Source: Xylographa opegraphella (lineage: Eukaryota). From it: a stretch of 64,000 nt of DNA. The position numbers and the translations under genes are program-made. Below, piece after piece: positions 42,068 through 54,585 of this stretch; the first letter of the stretch is position 1, and the number at the start of each line of letters is the position of its first letter. Where the stretch lies: NCBI GenBank assembly GCA_022813865.1, contig JALDZX010000009.1, positions 372,001-436,000 on the forward strand. Reading direction: 5' to 3'. Under the pieces are notes generated by a model. The model made no database searches, had not been told where the DNA came from, and saw only the letters and a program-made list of their open reading frames with translations.

Positions 42068-43090
42068 TTAGTCCAGATATATCTCCTCCCTTAGCCTTTG
42101 CAAATTCCCCAAGAATCCCTTTCCAGCTTCTCCCGTAGCCTTGCTCCCATCCAAGCCAGCCTCGGTGGAAGCTCTTTCGCGGGCCTTCAAACCACCCTTC
42201 GCCTCCACTTCCCTCCTCCGCTCGGCGACCGTTCTCGCTAGGCCATCGACGAACTTCATCCGTGGCTTCTCTTCCACCGTTCCCTTCCACACTCCCACTA
42301 GCTCTCTGAGTTCTTCCACCCGCTTTTCGGCCGCCAGGACGCCGTCCTCCGGCCCGATGGCTAGTAAGTCGTTAATCTCGTTCTTGAAGCGAGTGAATGC
42401 CTCTTGGCCGGCTGCCTCTTGACTGGGGTGGGAGTCGGTGGAGGGAGATGTGACTGAGATTAAGGAGGAAGATATGGAGAGAGTGGATGGCGGGAGTGGC
42501 CAGGAGAGCGCGGCGTCGAAGATGGAGATGATGCTCTGCAACGAGAGGCGCACGTGGTGGAGGGTGCGGAGGGAAGTGAGGGCTTCTGGATCGGTGCCAT
42601 TGCCCGCTTCAGGGGTGTCCTCTATAGCTTGTTGAGAACGGCGTGTACCATCTGGAGACGCTAGACTGGAGCCTGCAGCATCTGCGTGGGATTGTACGGT
42701 AAGACCACCCGGAACGAACTTCTCGATGTCGGGCTTCAATGTTTCCGTCAATGTCTCGGAGAGCGAGATCGCTTCGCCGCGGAGGACTTCGACTTCGTAC
42801 GCGAGCCGCGAGCCGCTGCGGATGATGTCGTCGGTCAGGGCGGTGAGGGTGGTGGTGAGGCGGGAGGTCTGGGCACTGAGCTGGGCCACGTGAGTTTGGG
42901 TCTGAGTCGCGAGTTCGGAGAGGGAGACGACATTGGATGCTTTGGAGGGAGTGGTGGAGAAGCTGAGGATCGGAAGGGTGGAGTTGAGGTAGGCTGTGGG
43001 GTCGAATGTGGGGGAGAGGAACGGTTGGAGGAGTGGATCACTGGTGTAGGGGGAGGGGGAGGGAGGATGTGAGCTTGGGCTTGGGCTCAT
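42068..43090 (-). CDS. Coiled-coil protein, possible COG/CATCHR tethering subunit (Cog7-like)
   Basis: 340-aa ORF; FLSPTFDPTAYLNSTLP followed by a coiled coil resembles the N-termini of CATCHR subunits; family assignment is tentative. Confidence 0.6.
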   Translation of the reverse strand: MSPSPSSHPPSPSPYTSDPLLQPFLSPTFDPTAYLNSTLPILSFSTTPSKASNVVSLSELATQTQTHVAQLSAQTSRLTTTLTALTDDIIRSGSRLAYEVEVLRGEAISLSETLTETLKPDIEKFVPGGLTVQSHADAAGSSLASPDGTRRSQQAIEDTPEAGNGTDPEALTSLRTLHHVRLSLQSIISIFDAALSWPLPPSTLSISSSLISVTSPSTDSHPSQEAAGQEAFTRFKNEINDLLAIGPEDGVLAAEKRVEELRELVGVWKGTVEEKPRMKFVDGLARTVAERRREVEAKGGLKARERASTEAGLDGSKATGEAGKGFLGNLQRLREEIYLD

Positions 43091-43724
43091 GATCGATGGT
43101 AAGGTAGTAGCCGATGAAGTGGGTAATTCACTGTGTACTGGTACTTGGAGAAGCTTGCCTATTCCTGGTAGTCTGAGGTAGATACCTGAGGTACTTTTAA
43201 CCGTATGGTAGGTACCTTAGTACTGTAGACTACCTTATTGAACATCACAGCGGGCACTACTCTAGGGGCTCTTACAGGGGTTCTGGCTTAGAATCAGGCT
43301 GGCTGCACTGCAGGGATTAGGTCGGTCGGTGCCTGGAATTGCTTCAACATTACGCTCCAAGGCTGGGAAGTTTACCCCAAATTGGTGGCATTGAATGTGA
43401 CTGAATGCGTCCCGATAAACACCAAGTAGAATGATGTTGACATTCTCCACAAGACTTGAACCTTCTTGGACCTAGAATGCCTGGTTCTGTTGCAGTGAAT
43501 GATGGGCCGTGATGCCAAATTCTTGTGAATCACATGTGGAGAAGCTCTACCGCCAGTGCGCAAACCGTGTATTTCCTTCGGCTTTTTTCTGGTTCTTTAT
43601 CATAAAGGCCTGCTACCTCTTATGATTCCTCTTGTTCAATAATCGGTGAAAGTCTGCTTCGTATGCAGGCTACTAAGACCAGTCACTAAACACCAAATTA
43701 CTCACTTGCAACTCCACGACCATT

Positions 43725-46700
43725 ATGCCACGAAAAGCGTTCGTCGCTGATCTACAACAAGCTATTGTGAACCTGCCATGCGAGAAGCTTGTTGACCTGA
43801 GGGCTGGCGATGACGACGGAACCTTCGCTTTTACTTACAAACCTTTAGCTGATCAGGTTTCCGTGACAGTTAATGCTTGTATTTCAGGTACACTGCACTT
43901 TTCCTAGCTAAAACAGGGCATATGCTTTACATACTATCTACACTATCACTGACTTCTCCTAAGATGTCGGAGACTATCCTACCAATCATCAATACTTCAT
44001 CTATACGGATTCTGAAAATGTACCACCGAAAGTCACCGAAGCTCTCTCCAATGTCGACATCTTCACAGGAATGCAAGTCTCTCAGATGCTAACAATGGCT
44101 GTGAAGACCCTAGACCAGACTCTAGCAGGTTCACGTTCTCATCCAGTGTGCCTAGATGATGATCCTATGGATATTGACTCTGCAGAAGTCACTGATTGCT
44201 CAGACGATCAATTCGAAGAAGAAGAGGAAGAGGATAATGATGACGAAACTCCCTTCGATCATGGTTTTGAAGAGAATGCTTTTGCCTCAACCTCCATGGA
44301 CCACCACACTTCCACCAAAAGTCACGCTTCCCAGAGTAGGTCCGTGGATAACCATGAGTCACATGAATACCTCACTCGAGTTCGATCAGACCTCCGTGAG
44401 GTGAAGAAGGCTGGATTTCATATTGGCTACGTCGGAAGTCTGCTCGAACAGGGTCGAGACTGCTGCTTGGTCCTTTCGATTCGTGTTGCAAAGCTTGACA
44501 TACCGGAGGATGCACTTCAAGCATGGCACTTGGATCCGACACAATATGTCATGCTACTGATTCATTACGCCGAAGGATATAGATGCTTCGAGGACCTGAT
44601 TGCGTGCCGTTCGGCTCTTCGCTCTGGAGTACGTATGCGTGTTGGTGTCTGTCAAAAGCAGAAGATCACTCTAAAACAGGCAATTCATGCTTTCAGTCAG
44701 ATTAGTGACAAAGATAAGAAAAGAAGCGAGTTCAACTCTGATCTGGAAGTCGTCGAGGCAGACGGCGAAACGATGACCAAAGAGGGTCTTCAGCCCCTCT
44801 TCATAGGCCGACCATTGGACGAATTGCTCAACGATCGGCTGGTCGATCTCCTCGGTTACCGACTGAGTATGTCATTTCCGTGGAGTGGCGCAGAAGAGTA
44901 CTACAATGACCATCAAGGCCGTAATCAAACTGGAGCTGAGCCATTGGACAGCAAGTACTGGGAGAAAGAAACATCTAATTTTGCATCTCATCTCCCGGAA
45001 GTGGTAACCTCTGATCATTTCGTGGAAGGTACCAAACACAAGTCTTTTCCGCTGCTTGCTCTGCAGTTTTTACTCCGACACCTTGTTCGCTGTACTGACT
45101 TCTGCCTGGTCTGCCACTGTCGCGTTCAGGTCGAGTGGGAAGCTCTTATGCCATTCGTGTGCGAAAAGCCGCTCTGTCTCTACCAATACATGGCGTTAGG
45201 TTTCGGTCCCAGTATCGAATATGAGATCTTGACCCAACCCCACGTTGTGGATTTGCTCATAAGCTTTTGCTATAGCTCTGCGCTGACTGGCGGCCTCAAA
45301 GGGTATCCACTTGGCATGAGTTTGACGGTTCCGGACCCGTCTCTCGTCCCAAGTGACAATGTTGCCGCTGAAGTGGCGGCCCTATACCATCTGCCAGGAC
45401 GTCAAAGCGCCTTCTACCCGCCACAAGTGCCAGCCGTTCCACGGGTCAAGTCAAAGGCACACCAAGCAAAGTTCGATCGCGAACATGACGAACTGGTCTT
45501 CCCGAAAGATTTTCAGGGGAAACCGCTTCGTGTGGGTGACTGGATTTGCCTCATGAAATTCAATTCTTCAGATAAGGAACACCGTCGAGTTCTCGAGACC
45601 TGGTACCCTACTGTCCGACTGGGCCCAGCTATTGAGACCGCTTTAAACAAAGTACTGCCTCCGCGGTATGCTGAATTTCAGGAATTCTTGCCAGTATTTC
45701 ACCATCGAACAACATTAACGCCTGCCACAACACCACCTTCGCAAATTGCATCTAATACTTCGAAGTTTTCGGATGTCGAGATTGTGATCTACGATCAGAA
45801 TTTCGATGATTTATCGGAAGCAGAACGGCGCAGCTCTATCCGGATGCTGCTCGATACGCTTCCTAGTGTCCTGGATATGAGATCGTACCTGCGAAGCATG
45901 GGTCATAAGCATATGTCCTTGCGTGCTTGGAGCGATCGGATTTCTCCTGCCGCATTCGGTGTAATCAGGTGGATAATTGCGTCGAATCGGTCCTGCCTTG
46001 TTCAAATCGATGGGCATGACGACGGCACGAACAGATCTGCAGAACGGGTTTCAGGTATGAGCGGTTACATGCAATTCAGGTTTGCCCAGGTAAGATTAGA
46101 TCCTGCCGTCTTCTAGCACTATCTGAACTTTAGATCTAGGGGTCTCCCGATAAGGAACAACGGTTCGTTACAGCGATACGTGAAACAACAGAGCGGCTTG
46201 CCAAACAACATCCGAAGATATTGCGATTTCCAACTCTGTTCGCATGGCACGGATCTGCCCTACAGAATTGGCATGGTATTATCAGGGAAGGCCTTCACTT
46301 TAACGAGATTAAAAACGGTCGAGCTTTTGGAAATGGTGTCTATTTTTCATCAGAGTTTGTGACAAGTCAAGGCTACAGTTCGATACACCACGAGGCCAAC
46401 AACTATGTTGGATGGCCTAAAAGTCAACTTAAGATAACACAAGCAATTTGTCTGAACGAAATTGTCAATGCCCCTATGGAGTTTGTCAGTAAAGAGCCGC
46501 ATCTCGTTGTCAGCCAGCTCGACTGGATACAAACACGTTACCTCTTCGTACGATGTGCCGAAACTGACGAAGTCACATACGAGCAGAAACCTCTTCAGTG
46601 TCTCGAACAAGATCCGGCCTTTCTTCCAAAGGGCCCAATGCGCAGCATCATTGAGATACCTATCCAGGCGATAAGTAAGGCAAGACGACCCTCAGTAAAA

Positions 46701-47756
46701 GCGGTCCAGAACGGTCATAAGAAGTCAAAAGTCCAGTCCCCTGGTCAAGTTGAGGAAGTAATAGTCAGTGATAATACGGATACTGAAGATGAGATAATTC
46801 TGCTTTCGGACGCAGATAGCGCGCGGGCGCGTTCTCGGACGTCGGTCTCCAAGAAAGTCACGAGAGAACAACCAAGGTCTCTTGTAGCCGCAATTGGAAA
46901 CAAGCTGAAGGAAGGGCAGCTGGGCGTGCGAAAAATTCTTGGTGGTCATTCTAGACCTGTACCTGGTCTCGATAGTGTGGACTACTCTCTAGTGCCTGAG
47001 AATGAACATCAACTAGGATCTTCGACAGACTTCGTTCCTGGGACTTTAAATCACTCAACATTACCCATGCTCAAAGAGCCAGCTTATGCTACAACGTCAG
47101 CAACCAAAGCGCTCCAGAGAGAGCTGAAAGCTACGCTGAAGGTGCAGCAAACGCATCCGGCACAGGAGCTGGGTTGGTATCTCGACCCTGAACTGGTTTC
47201 CAACATCTATCAATGGATTGTCGAGCTCCATTCGTTCGACTCGGGTCTTCCGCTCACCGCAGACATGAAAGATAAAGGCGTCAGAAGTATTGTCCTCGAG
47301 CTCCGGTTCGGCCAGGACTTTCCGTTTAGTCCACCATTTGTTCGTGTCATACGTCCTCGTTTTCTGCCTTTCATGCTAGGTGGTGGTGGTCACGTTACTG
47401 GTGGAGGTGCCTTGGTCAGCGTAACTCCACCGTCATATATGCATCAGAATCTGACAATTTTTTAGTGTATGCAGCTTCTGACTAGCTCCGGCTGGAATGT
47501 GGCTTGCAACATCGAGTCCGTACTCCTCCAGATACGATTAGCGATATCGTCTCTTGATCCGAAGCCTGCGCGACTCGAGTATGGACCCGTTCGTGATTAT
47601 GGTGTAGGTGAGGCGGTTGAGGCCTTCAAGCGAGCTTGTCGAGCACATAATGTTCGTTTTCTATTTTCTACCGTTGGGCATTGTGCTGACCTCATGCAGT
47701 GGGAGATTCCGAAGGACTTCGACACGATCATTCAAGGTTCCGAGAGAGGACTCTAA
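43725..47756 (+). CDS. PARP6/8-like ADP-ribosyltransferase fused to a C-terminal UBE2Q-like ubiquitin-conjugating (E2) domain
   Basis: FCLVCHC...FVCEKPLCLYQY Cys motif; QFRFAQG; FAWHGS..NWHGIIREGL, GRAFGNGVYFS and IQTRYLFV (ART fold); NIYQWIVEL, FPFSPPFVRVIRPRF and GGHVTGGGAL|CMQLLTSSGW (E2). About four introns. Confidence 0.9.
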
Positions 47757-50700
47757 TCATACGTGCCTTTTGTGTTCTTGAGAAGTTGGGTGGAGGACTA
47801 GGACTTGTTCTCCGATTATATTGGTGAGTATTGTGGCGTTTGCTGGTAGGTATTTGCCTTGGGAGTTCTATCGATACCCTTGCGTGGGACAAGTAATGAT
47901 GGCTGGGGTCCGTGACAGGCATGGTTCGGCTATTACTTGTTTATGAGAGATTATCGCTGCATAGCTGCAGCAAAGCCGATTTCTTGACAGAAGTCTTAGA
48001 CTTGAGACAATAGGATGAGCTTAAGTCATTCGGCCTCGCTTTCACATTCATGATACATTGACACGATTCTCAATTTCCTTTTTTCTTTTGACTCGTGGAT
48101 GTGACCACGTAAGAGACTTTTTATATATGATCAATCTTGGTATCTGAATCCTCACCGTTATAGTTAACTAATAGTACCCCATTTGACATGTTCCGGATCC
48201 GTGGAAGTCCCGGTGAGGAGCAAGTCACCGCGGAACGCGGTCGCGCAAACGCAAGCCGCACTGGAATCAGCTCACCAACGACTACAGAATCCAAGCCCAG
48301 TGAAGAAATGCTTGCCAGCACAGCGCGCAGTCGTTCTTTACAGGCCACATCTCTGGATTCTTCATGGTTATTCAGGTGTCTACTTTACTTCTTACCAGTC
48401 TTCAGCACCTACCTCCGCAATTCTTGAGATTCTAGCTTCTTCACCTTCAGCAAACACCCTGCGTCTACAGTCTCGCGCCTCTTACCGTGAAAGCTCGGCC
48501 CGAACGCACCAAGGATAGCGTTTACTCGAATGCGCACTGCCTCTAACAAGGGTGTCTAGAGGTGTTTGAGCACGAGGCGGTCAGAGGTGGTGATAGTGTG
48601 CGAGATTTGACGGCGAGAGATCGTGTTCTCGCATGACGAAGACATCCAAGACACAGTGCAAGAGATGTTTCAGGAGGTTCTCGCAATGCGAGGACAGCAC
48701 GGCTCTGATCGAGTGGTATTTGAAGGCTTCGGAGCGGTAAGGCGAAGACGGCCTAAAAAGGTGCGTCTTGTTTGCTTATTATTTTCTTTTCTTGTTACAA
48801 GTGCGGCCACTTGGTATAAAAGGGGAGGCTGTAAGGGCTACAGGCCTTTACCCCCTTAATGGTTAGCATGCGTGCGGACGATAAGGGCGGCCATTAAGGA
48901 TAGGGTCTCCCTTTTCTGGTTTGCGGCGTCGTTGATGAAGGTCTGCGGCACTGCATGACTCCATAATCGACGCTGGGGGATCGACACTTGGTTTCTCACT
49001 GTGCAACAAGCGTGGGAGGTCTTGGGTGTCAGACGTGGAAACTGCATCTCAGGGCCAAGTCGTTACAAATGGTAGCACTGTATCCACCGTCTGGCCTAAG
49101 CAGTAATCGACCACTTAGATACTGATACCGAACTTATCGCCGATTTCACCGGGCGCTTGTCAGCTCCACACAAACCCAAGCAGCCAGCTTTCGATATTGC
49201 TTAAGCACTTTCGTTTTCCATCTTCGTTGGGGATCAGTAGCACGAAACGCGTCGCATCCTACGAGCCGTTCATGAGCGAGGTCGACAGCCGTGGGAAGCC
49301 TACCCCTAGTATACTGCTTACGTCGGTGGACGTCGGCGAAGTCGGATTGAACCTGACTCGCGCGTGAAACGGTTTCCTCCTTTCGTGATGCTCCTTTCAT
49401 TTAGAATATTTATGGGACGCCGGAGGACTTATATAAACAATAAGACGGGTCGCGCGCGAGGGTCAAGGTGATGCGGAATACTTCTGGTATCGGATGCACA
49501 CCGAGGGCTTGGAAGCTGACTCGATGGCAATGGGTCGTACGAAGTTTAAAAAAACTTTTTGTTCGGACTTGGCCATATTCTGATCTTTCGCCACCCTCCG
49601 TGACGACGTAATTTTTCCACGAGAACTATTGTCCCTACTTCGCCCTAACCGTAGCTTGAAAAAAAAGGGTACAAGGATCTGTGCTCCCCTCCGTTGCAAC
49701 AGTAGTTCGCTAAGTTACGCTTTTAATGGAGAACGTCTTTTGTTTATTCTTATACCGTTTGAGTAATACTAATTTCGAAGAAACTATACAAATAATATTT
49801 ATTAAAATTCATAAAGGCTCTACTCCGTATTATTTATGGGGATACGGAAACGAGCTGGCTTCGTGACGAGCTTCCCTCCATTTGATAAATAGCTGACTCC
49901 ATTAAGACAAATCGTCGATACGTTTGTCGGTGTGAGCTTTTCGACCTCTTTGTATGGGGTCGAGCCTTGTGGATCATGCTATCTGGGGAGAAGTCACGAG
50001 GTCAGAAAGTGATCGCAGAGAAGAAGGGTGGGGAGTGAGTGTGATGGATTCGAGGGAGGGGATTGTTGGTTTCTGCGCATCTGATGGACGGGTTGATGGC
50101 TGGTTTCTGGGGGGCTGGTGTGAGGCTTTAGTGGTGATGAATTAGGAAGTGCGTGGTCGGCGGGTCTCATACTTTATTGTTCCGGTTTCTTGGAGACGGC
50201 TGCTACCTGTGAGCAGGGGAAGGGGGGGGGGAGGAACTGTTACCGGCTCAGGTAGTGCATGCGGGAGCCGATGTTCAGGTATGGAGTCCTCGAGGAAGGC
50301 TGCTTTGGAGGTAGTGGTGTCATGGCAGTCCGGTGCGAGTACGTAGCCGTCACTCGAACAGCTTTAATGCAACAGAAAGACGGCGCTGAAGCGTGAGAGC
50401 TTGATATAGAATTGCCTCCATGTGTTCAAGGTAACAATAGCGCATATGTAAACAGTATCCAATTCATCATGTCGAAGCGATCCCATAACGTTTTCTTTAA
50501 CCGGCGAACATTGAAACAGCTCTCCATCAGGCTGGTCCGAATTACAGCATGCACTATCCAAGTCAGTGTATTCGTGCAATATTGCCAACACGCTCCAGCT
50601 CTTCAGTACTTAGGGATCGTCTTTATTATTCTTTCTCCATGATGTCCACTCAAGGCTTCCGCAACCCTGGCTACTCACCCATGGTACCTATTTTCTGGCA

Positions 50701-51675
50701 CAACCGTTCGAGACCGGATCTATCTCTTCCGAAATCCCCTTCTCGGTCTCATATCCCCCGGCGCTTTGACATTGCAAATTCTTGAATCAATGGTGCTCCT
50801 TCTTGCTCCAAAGACCTTAGGTACTCTGATGGTCAGATAATCCATGTGTATATTTAATTCTTGGTCATCAGTAGACTGAGTGCGTGCCACGGGGTCTCCG
50901 AGGCATACGGAGTATAGCTGAGCGAAATGAAACGTGTGAGATATTGACTAAGCCGTCAGCATCGCTCGTCCTCATAGCTTCGGGCTGCTGGATTGCCTTA
51001 GGTTACATAGTACCCCGAGTAAAGGCCGCGGCTAGTGATTTCTCCGTGGCGGTTCCTTCAAAGCCCGACTTCAGCTCTAGGCGGCTGATTTAAGGTAAAA
51101 GCAGTTCGCCGATGAGTGACGCAGCCCTACCAAGCAAGGGTCAGCTTTCGGGGTTTAATGTATCTGTTCTGATTGGTTGGATTCTTGTACTAGGAGTTTT
51201 CAAGCCTAGCTCAATCTCGCATCAATCTTCTTTCCTTCGTCCGCTCGTGACGGTTCACGGCACCTTACTAGGCTGAGCAGAGCTACTGTGTTAGTTATCC
51301 CTAAAGTTCAACTCGCCGACCTCCTGAAAGCCACCAGTATGGACTTGAGGAGATGGTCGTTTCAAGACGCATCGGTTTGCAGTGTATAACGTACACCGCC
51401 TCAGCTTCACTAGGGCCGGGACCCATTGGCCTGCTGATGCGCCTCATTCCTCAGCCAAAATGCTAACATGAGCGGGAACCAGGGCGGCGTGGAACTTGTG
51501 AATACCTATCATAATGGATCCTACTTCGCCGAAGTGTTATTCGGGTGACACGGCAGTATATATACCGTCGCACTCCGGATTTTGTCGCGATGGCTAACGG
51601 CTTTCCACATCTACTCCTTACTTCTTGAGATCCCAGTCGTGTGTGACAAAGGCAGTGATAACACATCCATTCAAA

Positions 51676-53838
51676 ATGGGGCATGATGTCGAATCTGCCG
51701 ATGGGGCTTATCTGCAGAACACAACAGTGAACCATATCTCCTGGAAAGCTTTGAATGTTGAGGTCTACGACAAGTCTATTGGACGCGACAAGACGATACT
51801 ATCAGATGTGAACGGACATGTTAATGCAGGTATGATCTCTGTCGGACATGTCATGTTTATTTCTCGAGAATCGGAGATCTTGCCTTGGGCAACACGTTCT
51901 CACGCCATAGCAATTCCTTGATGGCCTTTGTTACAAAGTCAAGCTATACTGACCTCTTCCAGGAGAGATCTTAGCACTCATGGGCCCGTCAGGGTGTGGC
52001 AAGACGACTCTGCTGGATATCCTCGCTCATCGACGAACAAATCCCAAATTCAAGATACACGGCGATATACTCATTAATGATCTCAAACCATCGTTATCTG
52101 CGATTCGGAAATCTTCCAGCTATGTTGAACAAGAACGTATAGCTATTCCCCCGCCCTGCATGTACCCAGCGGTAAGCTAACATATCTTGGAAGAAAGTCT
52201 AATAGGGAGTCTTACTTCGTGGGAAACTCTTTATTTTGCTGCCAAAATAGCTCTACCGAGGTATGCACTATTGTATGAGATCGAAGGGAGACATCTCAGC
52301 TAACACCTGAACACAGAAATGTTACATCCAAAGAGCGCAAAGACCGAATCGATTCCCTCTTGTTCTCGTTTGGCCTTCAAAACCAGGCGGATACTATCAT
52401 CGGAACTCCGATCCGTAAGGGATTAAGTGGAGGTCAGAAAACACGAGTCGACATCGCAAGCTCGCTCATAACATGCCCGAAGATCCTGTTCTTGGACGAA
52501 CCCACAAGCGGACTGGATTCGGCAGCAAGCAAGGAAGTGATGTCGTACCTGAGGAAGGTTGCTAAGGCCAACTCGATTATTGTTATCGCCAGTGTACATC
52601 AGCCGTCTACGTCAACATTTGCTTTGTTCGATAAGCTTTTGCTTCTCTCAGCTGGCAAGACATGTTACTTTGGAGAGGCGGACAAGGTTAGCAGCTATTT
52701 TGGATCTATCGGGTATCCCATACCATTGCAGTTCAACCCTGCCGAGTTCCTCCTTGACCTGGTAAATGTCGACTTTGCCGAGGACAAAATTTCCGCGACA
52801 AACAACCTTAGCCAAATCCACTCCGCTTGGAACCGGTTCACACAGGGTAATGCCTCTCATCCTGTACCAGTGGCTGTTCGACGGCAACAAGAAGAAACTC
52901 GGCATGGCAACATGAGCGACAGGCTCAGTCCCAGCCTTGAGAAGAGCAAGACCGAAGCTCTCGAAGCTGATAGCCATACTGGACCTGCTCAATATCTCAT
53001 CCCTCTCACGCTGTTGCACCGGAACTTTATCAAAAGCTACCGAGACGTAGTCGCCTACGGGGTCCGATTCGCAATGTACACTGGTTTGGCCATAATGATG
53101 GGAACAGTCTGGCTTCGTCTATCCACCAACCAGGAATCCATTCAAGCCTTCATCAACGCTATATTCTTTGGCTCCGCGTTTATGTCCTTCATGGCTGTCG
53201 CTTACGTACCTTCCTATCTTGAGGATCGCGCCACATTTGTGAAAGAGCGAGCGAACGGGCTTTACGGCCCAACAAGCTTCATGATTGCCAATTTCTTGAT
53301 CGGGATCCCCTACCTATTCCTGATATCGGTAATATTCTCGCTGATTACCTACTTCCTTTCCAACTTCCGTCCCACGGCCACCGCTTTCATGACATGGTTA
53401 ATGTTCCTTTTCCTCGATCTCCTGGCCGCCGAGTCTCTTGTCGTCCTAGTCTCGTCACTGTTCCCTACCTTCGTCATCGCTCTCGCCCTTACTGCCTTTG
53501 CGAATGGGCTTTGGATGTCAGTGGGAGGCTTTCTGGTCTCGCCGACGCTCTTGAACGTCTTTTATACCTACGTCTTCTCATACATCGACTATCAGGCATA
53601 TGTTTTCAAAGGGATGATGGTCAATGAGTTCAAAGACAGGGTGTACAGCTGTGGGAATGGCTGCCGATGCATGTACGCCAGCGCGTTGGAAGACCAATGC
53701 GAGATTAGTGGGGTTGCGGTCCTTGACCAGTATGGGTATGGGACTGGGGAGCTGGGGACATGGGTGGGAATTCTGCTGGGCATTGTGGTAGGCTATAGGC
53801 TGCTTGGGTGGCTTGCTTTGTGGGTGAAGAGGTCATGA
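51676..53838 (+). CDS. ABCG-family half-size ABC transporter (NBD-TMD)
   Basis: Walker A GPSGCGKTT, signature LSGGQKTR, Walker B ILFLDEPTSGLD, H-loop SVHQPS, and an ABC2 membrane domain; several 5' introns. Confidence 0.93.
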
Positions 53839-54585
53839 GAGGTTGAGGGTTGAAAAATGATACTGAATGCTGCTCTGAAAGTGAGCAAGCACACATAGAT
53901 AGATTGCGTTGGGATTGCCCCTTAAATAGAGTCCTTGGTAGCCTTGCGCGTAATAGATTGGTCCACATCGCCAAAGACGACACGAAGATCACGGTGAGGA
54001 TTCTCTGTGGAGTTGGTCGCAATCTTGATATGCTACAATAACGTTCGTGGTTTTGGGTGCTTGTGGGGAATACTCAGACCACTGATACCTTGGGTTTACA
54101 CGATTGTACTGGGTAGCTTTGCATAGTCGGGGAGCGTGCCGTAAAGACTGCAATTGGAATGCAGTGCACCTCTTGTCTGAAGCATTGTGTGACCACCAGA
54201 TACTCTTCTCCTGCGTTGGTGAAGTGTCGAGCGTTCAAGGCTTTTGATATGTACTAGAGCATTGGCCTGGGAAGATTTAAGGGTTTGTTCAGAATGACGG
54301 CTGCCTCGCTGGAATCATCAAGATGTTTTTTAGTTGTTGGGTATTTCAGAAAGCGGTGCATACCAGAAACACCGTTCTATTGTCATGAATAAGAGAGACC
54401 AAACAGAGAAGCGAAAATCCATAACCGAGACTTTGCGTGCGAAATTCTGCGAAGTTTTAGCAATTAGGGCAAAGCACGCTAAACCGTATTGGATAAAGTT
54501 TAGGACGACAAAACTTCGTCGAAGCTCTCCACTTCCAGCAAATCGTAAAGGTTACAGCTACGCACGCGATATCAGCACAGGAGAG

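Noticed and set aside
48854..48899. CCTTAATGG/CCATTAAGG inverted repeat
   Set aside because: Only 9 perfect base pairs, plausible by chance in 64 kb.
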